A DNA stretch of 64,000 bases, taken from positions 21,080,001-21,144,000 of the forward strand of contig NC_043001.1 in the NCBI RefSeq assembly GCF_006345805.1, written 5' to 3'. Positions 39,005 through 52,848 of this stretch are shown piece after piece; position 1 is the first letter of the stretch, and every line of letters starts with the position of its first letter. The stretch is from Octopus sinensis (lineage: Eukaryota). The translations under genes and the position numbers were made by a program. Under the pieces are notes generated by a model. The model saw only the letters and a list, made by a program, of their open reading frames with translations. It had not been told where the DNA came from and ran no database searches.

Positions 39005-42000
39005 AAGAAAGAAAGAGAGAGAGAAATGTGTCAAGTAGTTATAGCGTATTAGCAAGAAGATTTATCAATCAGTAGGACAATCAATTTTCAGATATTGTTG
39101 TTGTTGTGACCCTCTTCGGTCATGAATGACCATGGGATTGCACCTAGAAAGTTACCCTCCGAGGCACAAGTCTGGGCAAGGTTGTTTACGGAAGACCAGC
39201 AGTCACCCACGCATACCAGCCTCCTTCTCTCCACACCACCAATGTTATCAATGGGAAAGGTAAAGGTCGATACAGCTTGGCACCAGTGATGTCGCAGCTC
39301 ATTTATTAACATGCAAGTGGCTGAGCACCCCACAGACACGTGCACCCTTCACATAATTCTCAGGGAGATTTAGCACGACACAGAGTGTGACAAGGCTGGC
39401 CCTTTGAAATACAGGTACAACAGAAACAGGAAGAAAGAGTGGGAGAAAGCTGTGGTGAAAGAGTACAGCAGGGTTCACCCCCCCCCCGAGCCTTGTGGAG
39501 CTTTAGGTGTTTTCGCTCAATAAACACACTCACAACGCCTGGTCTGGGAATCAAAACTGCGAGTCCGCTGCCCGAACCACTGGGCCATTGCGCCTCCATA
39601 GATATATATTTTCAGATATAGTTGAGAACATATAGACATGTAAGTAATATCACAGTGAAGAGTGCAGAATGAAATATTTGGAGTAAATTTCTGGGGTTTT
39701 AGATGTGTGCCATGTGTGAGTAGGGTAAGTAGTTATAGTACACTTAGTAGCACACACACACACATATATATATATACATACACACAACTAAGAAAATGGA
39801 GAAATAAATTCATCTCGTTCATCAACTTACGGATATAACAATTTTACATTATTTATTAATTATACAAATGAGAACATCAAATTATACAAATGTTCCCATT
39901 TGTATAATTAATAAATAATGTAAAATTGTAATACTCGCAAGTTGATGAATGAGATGAATTTATTTCTCCATTTTCTTATTTGTATTATAAATTTATGGTA
40001 AAAATATTTCTTTACCTTCACCCATTTAATACAATAAATGAATCAATTGCATTGCAATTAAAAATACTTACATATTAAGAATTTGGGTACTTTACCAACA
40101 GTATATTGGATAACTGATATCCCATAGTGGGTTACACCCATAACCCCTATCTTACTTTGTACTATATATATAAATAATGAGGTAACATAAAACTTTAGTA
40201 GTCAATCCAAAGTTTTGTTTTACCTTGGGGAACAACACGAGCTTTGACAGGATCATGAGCTTTCTTAACGATCTCCTTCAGTATAGACCTTTCTTTCTCT
40301 CCAACCAAGGTAACAGCTCTGGAATTAAAATGATGGTAACATAATTAATATTCACATATACAATGAAAAATCATTAGACATACAAAATTCAAAATGTATC
40401 AAAGATGTGTATGTAAACACACACACATATATACTCTGTTAATTAAAACACTGAGTGTTCCAGATGATCCAACCAATGGACCAGCCAGCTCATAAAATTA
40501 ATGAGCAAGTGACTGAGCAATACCAGGATGTGTGTACCCTCAACACAGTTCTCAGGGAGATTCAGTGAGACACAGAATGTGATATGGCTGGCCCTTTGAA
40601 ATACAGGACAACTCATTATTGCCAGCTGAATGGACTGAAGTAACATGAAATAAAGTGTCTTGCTCTAGGACACAACGCATCGCCAGGAATTGAACTCAAG
40701 ACCAAACAATTGCGAGCCGAATACCATCACTGCTAAACCACGCCCCTACCCCATATATTGCAAATATACACAAATAATTAATTTCATCAGCCCTAATTGT
40801 GAGATATCTCTTCAAAATCATCATCCAGTGTTTTAAATCCAGGTTTTGTCCCTGTTAACAGAGGTGGCCAGATCTACCTCAATGTCATAGCAACTGAGGC
40901 AGGCAGGTGCAATCCACCCCAACCTTTGGGCTGGCTGGCTGGTGCCCATTCTTCCTTGCTTGCATGGGGCTTTTTTGGAGCTGGATTTTCTACAGGAAGC
41001 ATGCTCTTATTTCTTTATTGCCCACAAGGGGCTAAACATAGAGGGGACAAACAAGGACAAACAAAGGGATTAAGTTGATTACATCGACCCCAGTGCATAA
41101 CTGGTACTTAATTTATCAATCCTGAAAGGATGAAAGGCAAAACCGACCTCGTCAGAATTTGAACTCAGAGCGTAGGGGCAGATGAAATACTGCTAAGCAT
41201 TTCGCCCGGCGTGCTAACGTTTCTGCCAGTTCGCATGCTCTTGCTTACCCCCAACCTCAGTTTCTAGCCATGCGTGGTCCCAAGACCAAGGCCTCGACCA
41301 TGATTTTTAAGAAATGTGGTGGAAAACTAGCCCAGGAAGGCAAGGACGCTACTCCCTGAGACCCCTTTCAGAGCTCTACCTACCTGATTGTAAGATATCT
41401 GTTAAAAACTAAAATTTAATTGCAACTTCATAACTTGTGCAAGTTACTTACTGAGCCCATCTTTTATAAGATCTTATTTTACGGGCTCTGTATTTAGCTG
41501 TAATGATTGACCAAAAGTTATTTTAACAATAGCTATTCATAAATTTTGTGTATGCAATTTTAGTGTATAATAACTAATTTTAGTGAATTTTATTTCATAA
41601 GTTTTTTTAAAAAAATTATGTAACCTACACAGCTGAAAATGACTCATCCCGAAAATAAATAGGAAAAAATTTTTATGTAAACAAATGGAATGACTGATGT
41701 TATACTGTAAATAGAGTTTTCAGAACTCAGTCAAGAATGAGATAGAGGTAAGACAGAAATAGACTTTATTAAAAATATACTTTTTCTGCAATATTCCCAG
41801 TGATGTAAACCCTCCACTGGTTGAGCAAAATTGAAAAGAAAACACTTAAAACTTATTAAAATCAAGATAAACAACATGAAACAAATATTGATTATTAATA
41901 TTGTTGTTGTTTAACTCTAGATCAACCCTGATTAAGCAAACCTATAATCAGAGACATTCCAGCAGGAACCATCCTACCTCTTTATGTATCAAGGACTACA

Positions 42001-42912
42001 TTATAATCATCTCCTTCTAAGACTGAGAGTGTGATTTAAGGGCTGTTTGACTACTATTTCTAGTATGTAAAAGTTCCTTCTTTGGTTGAATCACATACAG
42101 GTTGTAACGATTGCAAGATAAACAATGTATCTATTGATCTAAAGCATATCACTAATGGCTAATTTTCTAAATATTTCATGAGAAAAACAATTTTAGCAAG
42201 CTATGAGTCCTTGTTTGCCATATATTTTACGATGGTTGTTTATTTCAATATCCCTTTGTTTTCTGCCTTACATTTTTTAAATTCCATATTATATATATAT
42301 ATATATATATATTCTGAGATCTCCTTCGGTCACAACACAGACCATGGGATTCCACCTAGAAAGTTACCTTCTGAGGCACAAGTCCGGGCAAGATTGTTTA
42401 TGGAAGACCAGTAGTCACCCATGCATACTTATTTCTTTACTACCCACAAGGGGCTAAACACAGAGAGGACAAACAAGGACAGACAAACAGATTAAGTCGA
42501 TTATATTGACCCCAGTGCGTAACTGGTACTTATTTAATCGACCCCGAAAGGATGAAAGGCAAAGTCGACCTCGGCAGAATTTGAACTCAGAACGTAACGG
42601 CAGACAAAATACGGCTACGCATTTCGCCCGGCGTGCTAACGTTTCTGCTAGCTTGCCCATGCATACTGGCCTCCCCTCTCCACGCCACCAGTGTTAACCA
42701 AGGGAAAGGCAAAGGCCGACACAGCTTGGCACCTGTGAGGTTGCAACTCATTTCTACAGATGAGTCAACTGGAGCAATGTGAAATAAAGTGTCTTGCTCA
42801 AGAACACAACACACAGCCCAGTCCTGGATTCGAGCTCACAACCTCACAATTGTAAGCTTGATGCTCTAACCACTGAGCCATGTGCCTTCACACACACGCA
42901 CACACATATATA

Positions 42913-42963
<51 letters not shown>

Positions 42964-45900
42964 ATATATAAAATTATACATTATATTCTCAAAAGAAAGG
43001 AAATATTTTCAAAGTATCTCAAACACATTAACTGCGGAAAATTTTGATAAATTTCAAGCATTGTAAAATGTTTATCCATGAAAGATATAAATTAGTGAAT
43101 GCCTTAAAAATCCACTTTGGATGTAAGAGTGCAGAGAGTTTACCATGTTGAAGAGTAAATATGCTATAGGGCTTAAAGAGTTAATCAACAAGATATATAT
43201 TTCATGTAAAATATTTTACCTATTCTTGATCATCATCATCATCATTTAACACTCACTGCCCATAATGGCAAGATGGGGAGCTGCATCAGCCCCAGTCTGA
43301 TTTGGCATGGCTTCTACAGCTGGATGCTCTTCCAAATGCCACCCACTTCAGTGTGCTGGACACTTTTACATGGCAATACACAGGTGCTATTTCACAAACA
43401 CACACACACACACGAACGGAAATGCTCTTCTTCCTGCCATATCCGTAATTTTTTTACATTATCCAAGATATTTTAAACTTTTTTTCTTCAAAGACAACAG
43501 GATTTGATTAGAGCTGAAATTTGATTATTATTTCTAGCAGGTTGAGAAACCATATCAAGGCTTCCTTGGCACATGGTGATAATTGACTTACATTTGCCAA
43601 GGAAGCTCCTACATAATTATTGGGCATGTGGGTAGGGAGTGGATTCTGGATTACTTATTATTTATATACTTATTTTCCCAAGCAACTTCAACAGTAGAAA
43701 AAATATCGTACCTCCCTTTCCTTCCAGCACGTGCTGTTCTTCCAACTCTGTGAACATAATGCTTGATGGTACTGGGCATAGTCAAGTTAATAACCTAGGA
43801 AAAAAATGAAAATTTTCATTAGATCAATAATTTCTATTAATATGCAATAATTGTGACCTCAAAGCTTATATTTTCAAGGATTTCTTAGATTAACGAATAT
43901 TTCAAGGCTTATATTTTCAATGGTGGAGGTGCAATGGCCCAGTGGTTAGGGCAGCGGACTCGCGGTTTCGATTTCCAGACCAGGCGTTGTGTATGTTTAT
44001 CGAGCAAAAACACCTAAAGCTCCACAAGGCTGTAGCAGGGGGTAGTGGCGACCCCTGTCTTTCGCCCCAACTTTCTCTCACTCTTTCTTGAGTAACGCTG
44101 TGATGGACTGGCATCCCATCCAGCTAGTGGGGAACACATACGCCACAGAAACCGGGCCCATGAGCCTGGCTAGGCTTTAAAAGGGCGCATAAAAAAAAAT
44201 AAATTTTTCAATGATTTCTTAGATTAACAAATATTTTGAAAGTTCCATCTTGCTACGGTTGTACTGATGATATTAAAATGACTGAGTTTCTTCGTGTTAC
44301 TTTAAGTTACAATTGTACATTCAAACTTCATTTTCTTTTAGTCATTGAACAAACATCATTTAAGGAATTTCTATGGTAAAATAATTAGTTGGATAAAAAA
44401 AAATATTTGTGACTGAGACAAATGTCAAATTCTCTTTAATGAGACAGTAAATATTTACTTACCGTTTTCACACCTTCAATATCCAAACCTCGAGCAGCCA
44501 AATCTGTAGCCAACAAAACATCGATTCTGGCTTCCTTAAATTTCTTTAATGCTTCAAGACGCTTGAAGAGACAAAATAAAATGAAACATTTAGTCATCAT
44601 CAGACAGGTGTGGCTTTTTAGGTGAAAATGCTTGCCTACCAACCATGTAACCTCGGGTTCAGTCCCACAGTGTAGCACTTTGGGTCAGTGTCTTCTCCTA
44701 TAGCCCTGGGCCGACCAATGCCTTGTCAGTGGATCTGGTAGACAGAAACTGAAAGCAGCCCACAGTGCATGTGTATGTGAGTTTTGGTAACAGTACATTT
44801 TGGTGCATGGTTCAGTGGCTAGAGTGTCGAGCTTACAATCATGAGGTTGTGAGTTCGAATCCCGGACCAATCCTGGGTTGACAAATGCCTTGTCAGTAGA
44901 TTTGGTAGACAGAAACTGAAAGCAGCCCACTGTGCATGTGTATGTGGGTTTTGGTAACAGTACATTTTGGCACATGGCTTAGTGGCTAGAGCGTTGAGCT
45001 TACGATCGTGAGGTTGTGAGTTCGAATCCCAGACCAGGTTGTGTGTTGTGTTCTTGAGCAAGACACCTTATTTCACGTTGCTCCAGTTCACTCAACTGTA
45101 GAAATGAGTTGCTATGTCACAGGTACCAAGCTATATCGGCCCCTTTGCCTTTCCCTTGGATAACGTTAGTGGAACGGTGAAGGGAGGCCAGTATGCATGG
45201 GCGACTGCTGGTCTTCCATAAACAACCTTGCCCAGACTTGTGCCTTGGAGGGTAAACTTTCTAGGTGCAATCCCACGGTCAGTCATGACTGAAGGGGGTC
45301 TCAACATTTTGGCACTAGAAGTAAACACACATGCACACAGAAATATGCATTTACAGATATGGAGAGAGAGAGAGAGAGAGACATTACAACTTACTAATTG
45401 AACACGATTACCATAAACACCTTTCTTCTCTTCACACATGAAAACTGAGAAGGGTTGAGGGAGGGAGAGAGAGAATGAAAAAAACCTTAAAAAACATCAG
45501 CTGTCAGATAAATCAAAATTGAATCAGTGCTGCCAAAACAGCTGGTACCAAAATATTTCATACCATTTCCTAGATGGGTCACAAGATCATGTCTTATTCG
45601 TATGGTTAATTTTTAGTTTTGTTTCTACTGCTGGATGTCCTTATCACCAACCACATTACAAAGTGTACTCGGTACATCTTATCATAGATCCAGTACTAGT
45701 GATGTTTTTTTCACAACTCTATGATGTATCTATACCCTAAAACAGTGTTTCTTAACCATTTTTTGCCTCTGGACTCATTTGATTCCTATTTTACTCGGTG
45801 GACCCTCATAGTCAGTCAATGTTTAAAAAACCTATTATATTCTTATAATTAAATATTATTAAGAACTGTATAAAAAAAAATTGCTAAGGAGTGGCTGTGT

Positions 45901-48900
45901 GGTAAGTAGCTTGCTTACCAACCACATGGTTCCGGGTTCAGTCCTACTGCGTGGTACCTCGGGCCGACCAAAGCCTTGCGAATGGATTTGGTAGACGGAA
46001 ACTGAAAGAAGCCTGTCATATATATGTACGTGTGTATATATGTTTGTGAGTCTGTGTATGTGCCCCCAACATAGCTTGACAACAGATGCTGGTGTGTTTA
46101 CGTCCTCATAACTTAGCAGTTTGGCAAAAGAGACCGATAGAATAAGTACTAGGCTTACAAAGAATAAGCCCTGGGATCAATTTGCTAGACTTAAAGCAGT
46201 GCTCCAGCATGGCCACAGTCAAATGACTGAAACAAGTAAAAGAGTAAAAAGTATTGTAGAAGTAAAACCATTTCATTGCACATAAAATTTTACCAACGAA
46301 AATCTTATTTGGATCTTCAAGAATCATATGGACCCTGGTTGAGAATCAGTGCCCTAGAGTAGTATGGTGACAGAAGAGTCAAGAAGGAGGTCACCTGAGA
46401 GAGTGTGTGGTGGAGGGAGGGGAGAATGCTTGATAGTAATAAGAATGGAAGTGGTCAATGGTAAGACAACAGATATGGAAAAGAGTAGAAGTATTTTACC
46501 TGAGCTTGGGATAAATTTCCATGCAATTCTCCGACGTTGATCCCACATAAACCAAAAATAATATGCATCCGATGTGCTTGTTTCTTTGTTTGCACAAAAA
46601 TTATACAATGGTTGCAAAATATACGACTCACTAATGCTGTAAATACAAGAAATTATATAGATATGCATCAATAGATTATTGCAAAAAAAATTTTTTTTTA
46701 ATTAAAAAGAGAAAACTGTTAATTGCCAACACAGGCTTTGAATCTTCAAAAGATAAACACATGGAATATTTAAAATATTTTTACAGTTTAATCAGAGGGA
46801 GCAAGAATAGCATCCATAACTTTTACTGAGTCACTGATTTTAGGGAGAGGAAAGAAACTGAGCCATGGGTTGCTGCTGAAGGAAAAATTGTCAAGAAGGC
46901 TGAGGGTGTCTTGGCATCACTCACCAAATCCTTTGTGAGCCACTCTCCAACTATCTATAGCTATGGTAAGACCTCACCTGGAATTTGCATCACCGGTCTG
47001 GAACCCCTATCTTGCCCAGGATATCAATCGTCTGGAAGCCGTTCAGCGATGTGCAACCAAAAGAATACCCTCCATCAGGCATTTGCCATATTCTGAACGC
47101 CTGACTTTCCTGGGCATGGACACATTGAAACTCCGACGTCTGGCAGCTGACTTGGCAGACACCCATAAAATTATCAACCATCGTACAAACAATAACTCTG
47201 AGCACCTTTTCAAACTCCACCCATCTAACACCCATGGACATATTGACAAAGTTAGAAAACAGCACAGCTCCCATGACTTTAGGAAACATTTTTTCACGCT
47301 GAGAGTTGCTGAAGCATGGAACAAACTGCCGGCATCAGTTGTTAGTTGTCGAAGCACTGCATCCTTCAAAACTTCCATGCTTCCTGAGATTCGCCAACAC
47401 CACACCTGATTTTCTCCCCTCCATACACACACACAAGCATGTATCTGACTCATACATTGTTCGCTTTCCAGACATTTGTACATTACTGCATATACTCTAT
47501 ATGCACTTTCTGACAAGTTGTGGTGCACCTGAGCACTGTATACAATAGTTTCATTATTATTATTATATATAGTTATCCACAGATCAGAAACCTAAAAAGA
47601 ATGCTTGCAGCAGACTGGGCTCAGTTTTACTACTTGGACCCTGGGCAAGTTAAAGGTGTTTAACTTCAAAAAAGGATCAGTAAAATCATCAATTCACATC
47701 TGCTGCCTATGTTGGCATGGATTGAACAGTTTGACAGGATTCAACAGATCAAATGACCATGTCTTGCTCCAGGGTGTCAGTTTCAGAATGCTGCCAACAG
47801 CTGGATGCCCTGTCTAACACCAATCATTTTACAGAATGTATTGGGTGCTCACTTATGTTATTTATAAATATCATATCACTGGCACTTGAGCCCCGTGCAA
47901 GTAGTGTGTTAAAGAGCACCATCCAAGTGTGATTGTTGCCAGAGCGGCTATCTGGCCTCCATGCCCGTGGCACATAAAAGACACCATTCGAGTGTGATCA
48001 TTACCAGCACTGCCTTACTGGCACCTGTGCCGGTGGCATGTGTAAAAAGATTCAAGTGAGGTCATTACCAGTACCGCCTAACTGGTCATGTGCCGGTGGC
48101 ACGTTAAAGCACCCACTACACTCTCAGAGTGGTTGGCGAAAGCACCCACTACACTCTCGGAGTGGTTGGCGTTAGGAAGGGCACCCAGCTGTAAAAACTG
48201 CCAGATCAAGATTGAAGCATGGTGCAGCCATCTGGTTCGCCAGCCCTCAGTCAAATCGTCTAACCCATGCTAGCATGGAAAGCGGATGTTAAATGATGAT
48301 GATGAATCTGTGAACAATACCATTGCTGCTATGAGGTTTTCAATGGACCAATCACTTGTACATCACATTACAGACAGCAAAAATGACAAGGAAGAGTCAT
48401 TTTGATGATATACATTGATAAAAAATAAAAACACACACAGGTGCATCAAACTTCAAGCCAGCAGAGACATAGGGCTACGAGGACCATTACATGGATAGAG
48501 GACATGATCGCCTCTCTAGTGCTGGTGTAATGAAAAACATGCCCTATACACTCTAAAGCTGCAGCTGTGAGGACCATGACATTGCTCCAGTGCTGGTCTC
48601 ATACACTTAATTTTATTGACCTCAGAAAGATGAAGGCTAAGAGAGATCTGAACTCAAACTGCAAAATATTTAGTCTGGTGCTTTACCAATTCCGTCAATT
48701 TACAACCCTTTTGTAGTAGTATAATAACTTCAGTAATTATATTTCATAATCACAAAAGATTAGATCGTAAAACAATTGAGATTTCATAAAAAAAAAAAAA
48801 AGTTATTTTACCTGTAACAATGGCTTCTCTATCACCTTCTTTTGTGGGACGTATTCTAATAAACTCTTGTCTCAAGCCAAAAGCTACATCTGTGTTTTCG

Positions 48901-51900
48901 TTAATAAAAACTTTTATGGGTTTATCTAAAGATACTGTAGCCAGATCTTTAACCTGGAAAACAGAAAGATAAAAGAAAAAACATCATAGACCTATTTATA
49001 ACCACATATTAAACAAGCATTTAAACATTTAAACAATAGGAGAATCTCTTATTGTTTAGAAGAATAAGAGATTCTCTTCCTCTCACCAAAATGCATGGAA
49101 GGAATGGAGTCTTGTTATTGCTTAGCCAATGTACAATATCAATGGAGAGTAGAGAAGATTCTCTGGTTTTGCTGGGAACAAGATAACTTTTTAGTGTTGG
49201 TGCCTCAACAAAATGCACTTAGTATACTGTAAAATGATTTGGTGTAAGAAATAGTATTCAGTCATAGAAACCATGCCAAAAATGAAGCATATGAATGAGA
49301 CTCGATCCTCTGACAGATTTATGGTGGTAGTAAGTCTGAACAACAAATGACTGACTGTAACAATGCATCCAACCCATGCTAGCATGGAAAAGAGGACAAA
49401 AAAAAAAAAACCCCAACAATTATGACAATCATCATTTGATGATGGTTTACATATTTATACCAATATACAATCCTAGAACACTCAAGGATTTCGTTTGCTT
49501 ATTGATATCTACTGCAATTCATATGTAGATACATACACACACATGCATATACCGTAAATCCTCAAGTATAATCCGCCCATGAGTATAATATGCAGGGGAT
49601 TTTTAGGGGGCTGTACCTCTGAAAAACCTAAACCATGTGTATAATATGCACCCCTTCTCTAACCTGAGTCGTGCATAATTAAGCCAGCAGCACCTAGTCA
49701 AACAAACACTTCCATGCATGCGTAATTCAATAATGGTGATGTTCTTAACTGTTATATGGGAATGTAAATATGTTTGTGTTTGCAAATTGTTTTTGTTATA
49801 TGTTATTCTGTGTTCTGAATACTTTTATTTTAGTAAATGTTGCTTACTGCAAGTTATGGATGATTCTTTTATGACTTCATTGCTTTCAGGCTTAGCTTAA
49901 GATATTTTCCCACCCAACATCACAAAATGTGTCTGAATAAACATTGCCAGACAGCAAATAGAGACTCGGACATAAAAAATGTGGACTATATATGAGGATT
50001 TAAGGTACGCAAAACGTTTTGTATGTTATATTTTGAATTGCACACTATATCTTTCAGGTTCAAAAACTATGATGTAAAAGAATGTATAAGATTTAGTTGA
50101 ACCCTGAACTGGGTCATACAAAGTCGCACTTTTTGAGTAAGGTGTAAATGGCCAAAAAGATATGGTGATGAACAATCAACTTAAAGGCTGTGAGCTCACA
50201 GTTACTGCAGGTATTCTTTAGTTTGTGTACTAGTACTTCATTCTACAAAATTTGAATTCAGCTAAGTGTTAGAAATAAATACGCCTGCAAATATTACTTG
50301 TGATAGATCTGCATTGTAGCTACAATAAGATTTAGTTCATCGGCTTCAAACCATAAGAATTGCTCCTACGTGTGTTATGACACACCTTAACTACTGTAAA
50401 TCCTCGAGTATAATCCGCACTTTTTCCCCAAAATTTAAAGGTCAAAATCCCTAGTGCGTACTATATACGAGGTTAAAAATGAAAAATATTTTCTAAGCAA
50501 TGTCCAAGTCTCTATTTGCTGTCCGGCAATGTTTATTCAGATGCATTTTGTAATGTCGGGCGCGAAAATACCTTAAGCTAAGCCTGAAAGCAATGAAGTC
50601 ATAAAAGAATCATCCATAACTTGCAGTAAGCAACATTTATTAAAATAAAAATATTCAGAACACTGAATAACATGTAACAAAAACAATTTGCAAACATATT
50701 TACATTCCCATATAACAGTTAAGAACATCACCATTACTGTATTACGCATGCGCGGAAATGTTTGTTCGACTAGGTGCTGCTGGCTTAATTACTCACGACT
50801 CAAGTTAGAGAAGGGGTGCATATTATACACATGGTTTAGGTTTTTCAGAGGTACAGCCCCCTAAAAATCTCAAGGGCAGACTATACTCTAGGATTTACGG
50901 TATTTACAAATCTAGTAAAAAACATTTTGCAGACTTCGTCCAACAGGGGAAGTAACTGTGATGATTTAGAAACAAAAAATATTATATACAAAAACAAAGA
51001 GAACCAAATTATTTTACCTCATCAGTCATAGTTGCTGAAAATAACATGGTCTGTCGCTGTCTAGAACACAAACGAATGATTTCTTTCATTTGTTCAGCAA
51101 AAAAGTCGTCCAACATCCTTTAAAGTGGAAGAAAAAAGTTTAAATGTTATTGTGATACATTGGAATGCAAGACTGATATAATTAAAAGGTATTAAATTTA
51201 GAAAAAGATAACAAAACAACAGGAAAAAAATACAAGTGATTGTCACTGTTATACTGGCAAAGATCTCCCCTATTTCTTGTGAATGTATACAATATCTACA
51301 GCTCAACTTTCTTTCATATTCACGATAAAGTTACTGTATTCATGCAGAAACAGCTCTTTTGTTCTCAAGAAATGTAGAGGACACTCAAACTTCCTTTACC
51401 CACCTCATACACAAACTATGATGGCACTAGATGGTTGATTAAACTGCAAGAAATAGAATCCAAAGCACACTCCACCGTTATACCTTGGACAGTGTAATCC
51501 ATGATGAGTGCGTGTGTATGTGTATATATATATATATATATATATCATCATCATCATCGTTTAACGTCTCTTTTCCATGCTAGCATGGGTTGGACATATA
51601 TATATATACAGGAGCTGAACAAATAATGGAAACACCTTAAAATTTCAAATAAATTTATTTTAATATCGGGTAGGACTGCCATTGGCAGTAATTACAGCTT
51701 GAATTCTACAAGGTATGGACTTGTGCAAAGTTAATTGTTTCCAAAGGAATTTTTGTCCATTCTTCAGCTAAAACAGTCTCTAGTTCTTGTGATGATGGCC
51801 GAGGTTATTGATTACATATTTGCTTTTCTAAAATGCACCATAAATATTCAATAATATCGAGATCTGGGGATTGTGGTGGCCAGATAAGATGTTCAACTTC

Positions 51901-52161
51901 ACTAGAATGTCCCACGTACCATTCAGTAACAACTTCAGCTGTGTGAATTGTATTATCATCCTGAAAGATTGTGTTTATCTCCCGGAAACAGTTTCACAAC
52001 CATAGAAAGAATTTGATCAGATAAAATGCTTAAATAGCCTTGACTATTAATTCTGCCATGAAGGGAAATCATTGGGCCAGCAGATTTCCAAGATATGGCC
52101 CCATAGATCATCACAGATCTTCTAGGTGTTTCCATTATTTTGTCCAACCCCTGTATGTATG

Positions 52162-52192
<31 letters not shown>

Positions 52193-52816
52193 TTTGGTTT
52201 TGCATCTGTTTGCAAGATTCTTTATGTGAATTTGTGTGTTGAAGCAAATTATGTTGTGTCTGGGGAGAGTCATACTGTCTTAATGCCTTAGCCAACACAC
52301 TCACTAGTTCAATTTCTACTTATATATTATTTATATTTTTACTTCCAAAATTTTCATTGCCTTTGCAACCTTGTCAATGGATAACGACTTTGTCCATTAT
52401 TGGCACTGTATTTTTATTTTTTTGCCTGTCTGTGTACATGTGTGTGCAACGGCATGCAGGTATGTATGTACACACACACACACACATAATAATAATTTGA
52501 GGGAATATTATTCCTAACTTACAGGGAAAAATTCAATTTAGAAATACTAAATCAAATTTCACAAAATATAATATATATTATCAATTTAAAATGAAAAATT
52601 AAATTACATATAATAGAAATATTAAAAATAAGATAAAAATAATATACTAATGTTAAAGTAATGTGCAAAATAATAAATAAAACGTTTTATTTATTATTTT
52701 GCACATTACTTAATCACCGATATATTATTTTTATCTTATTACCTTATTTTTAATATTTCTATTATATGTAATTTAATTTTTCATCTTGAATTAATAAAAG
52801 GTGTTTTTTTCTAATT

Positions 52817-52848
<32 letters not shown>

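Noticed and set aside
46963-47409. 148-aa ORF as a host gene
   Set aside because: It is a LINE RT C-terminus, antisense within a DDX27 intron
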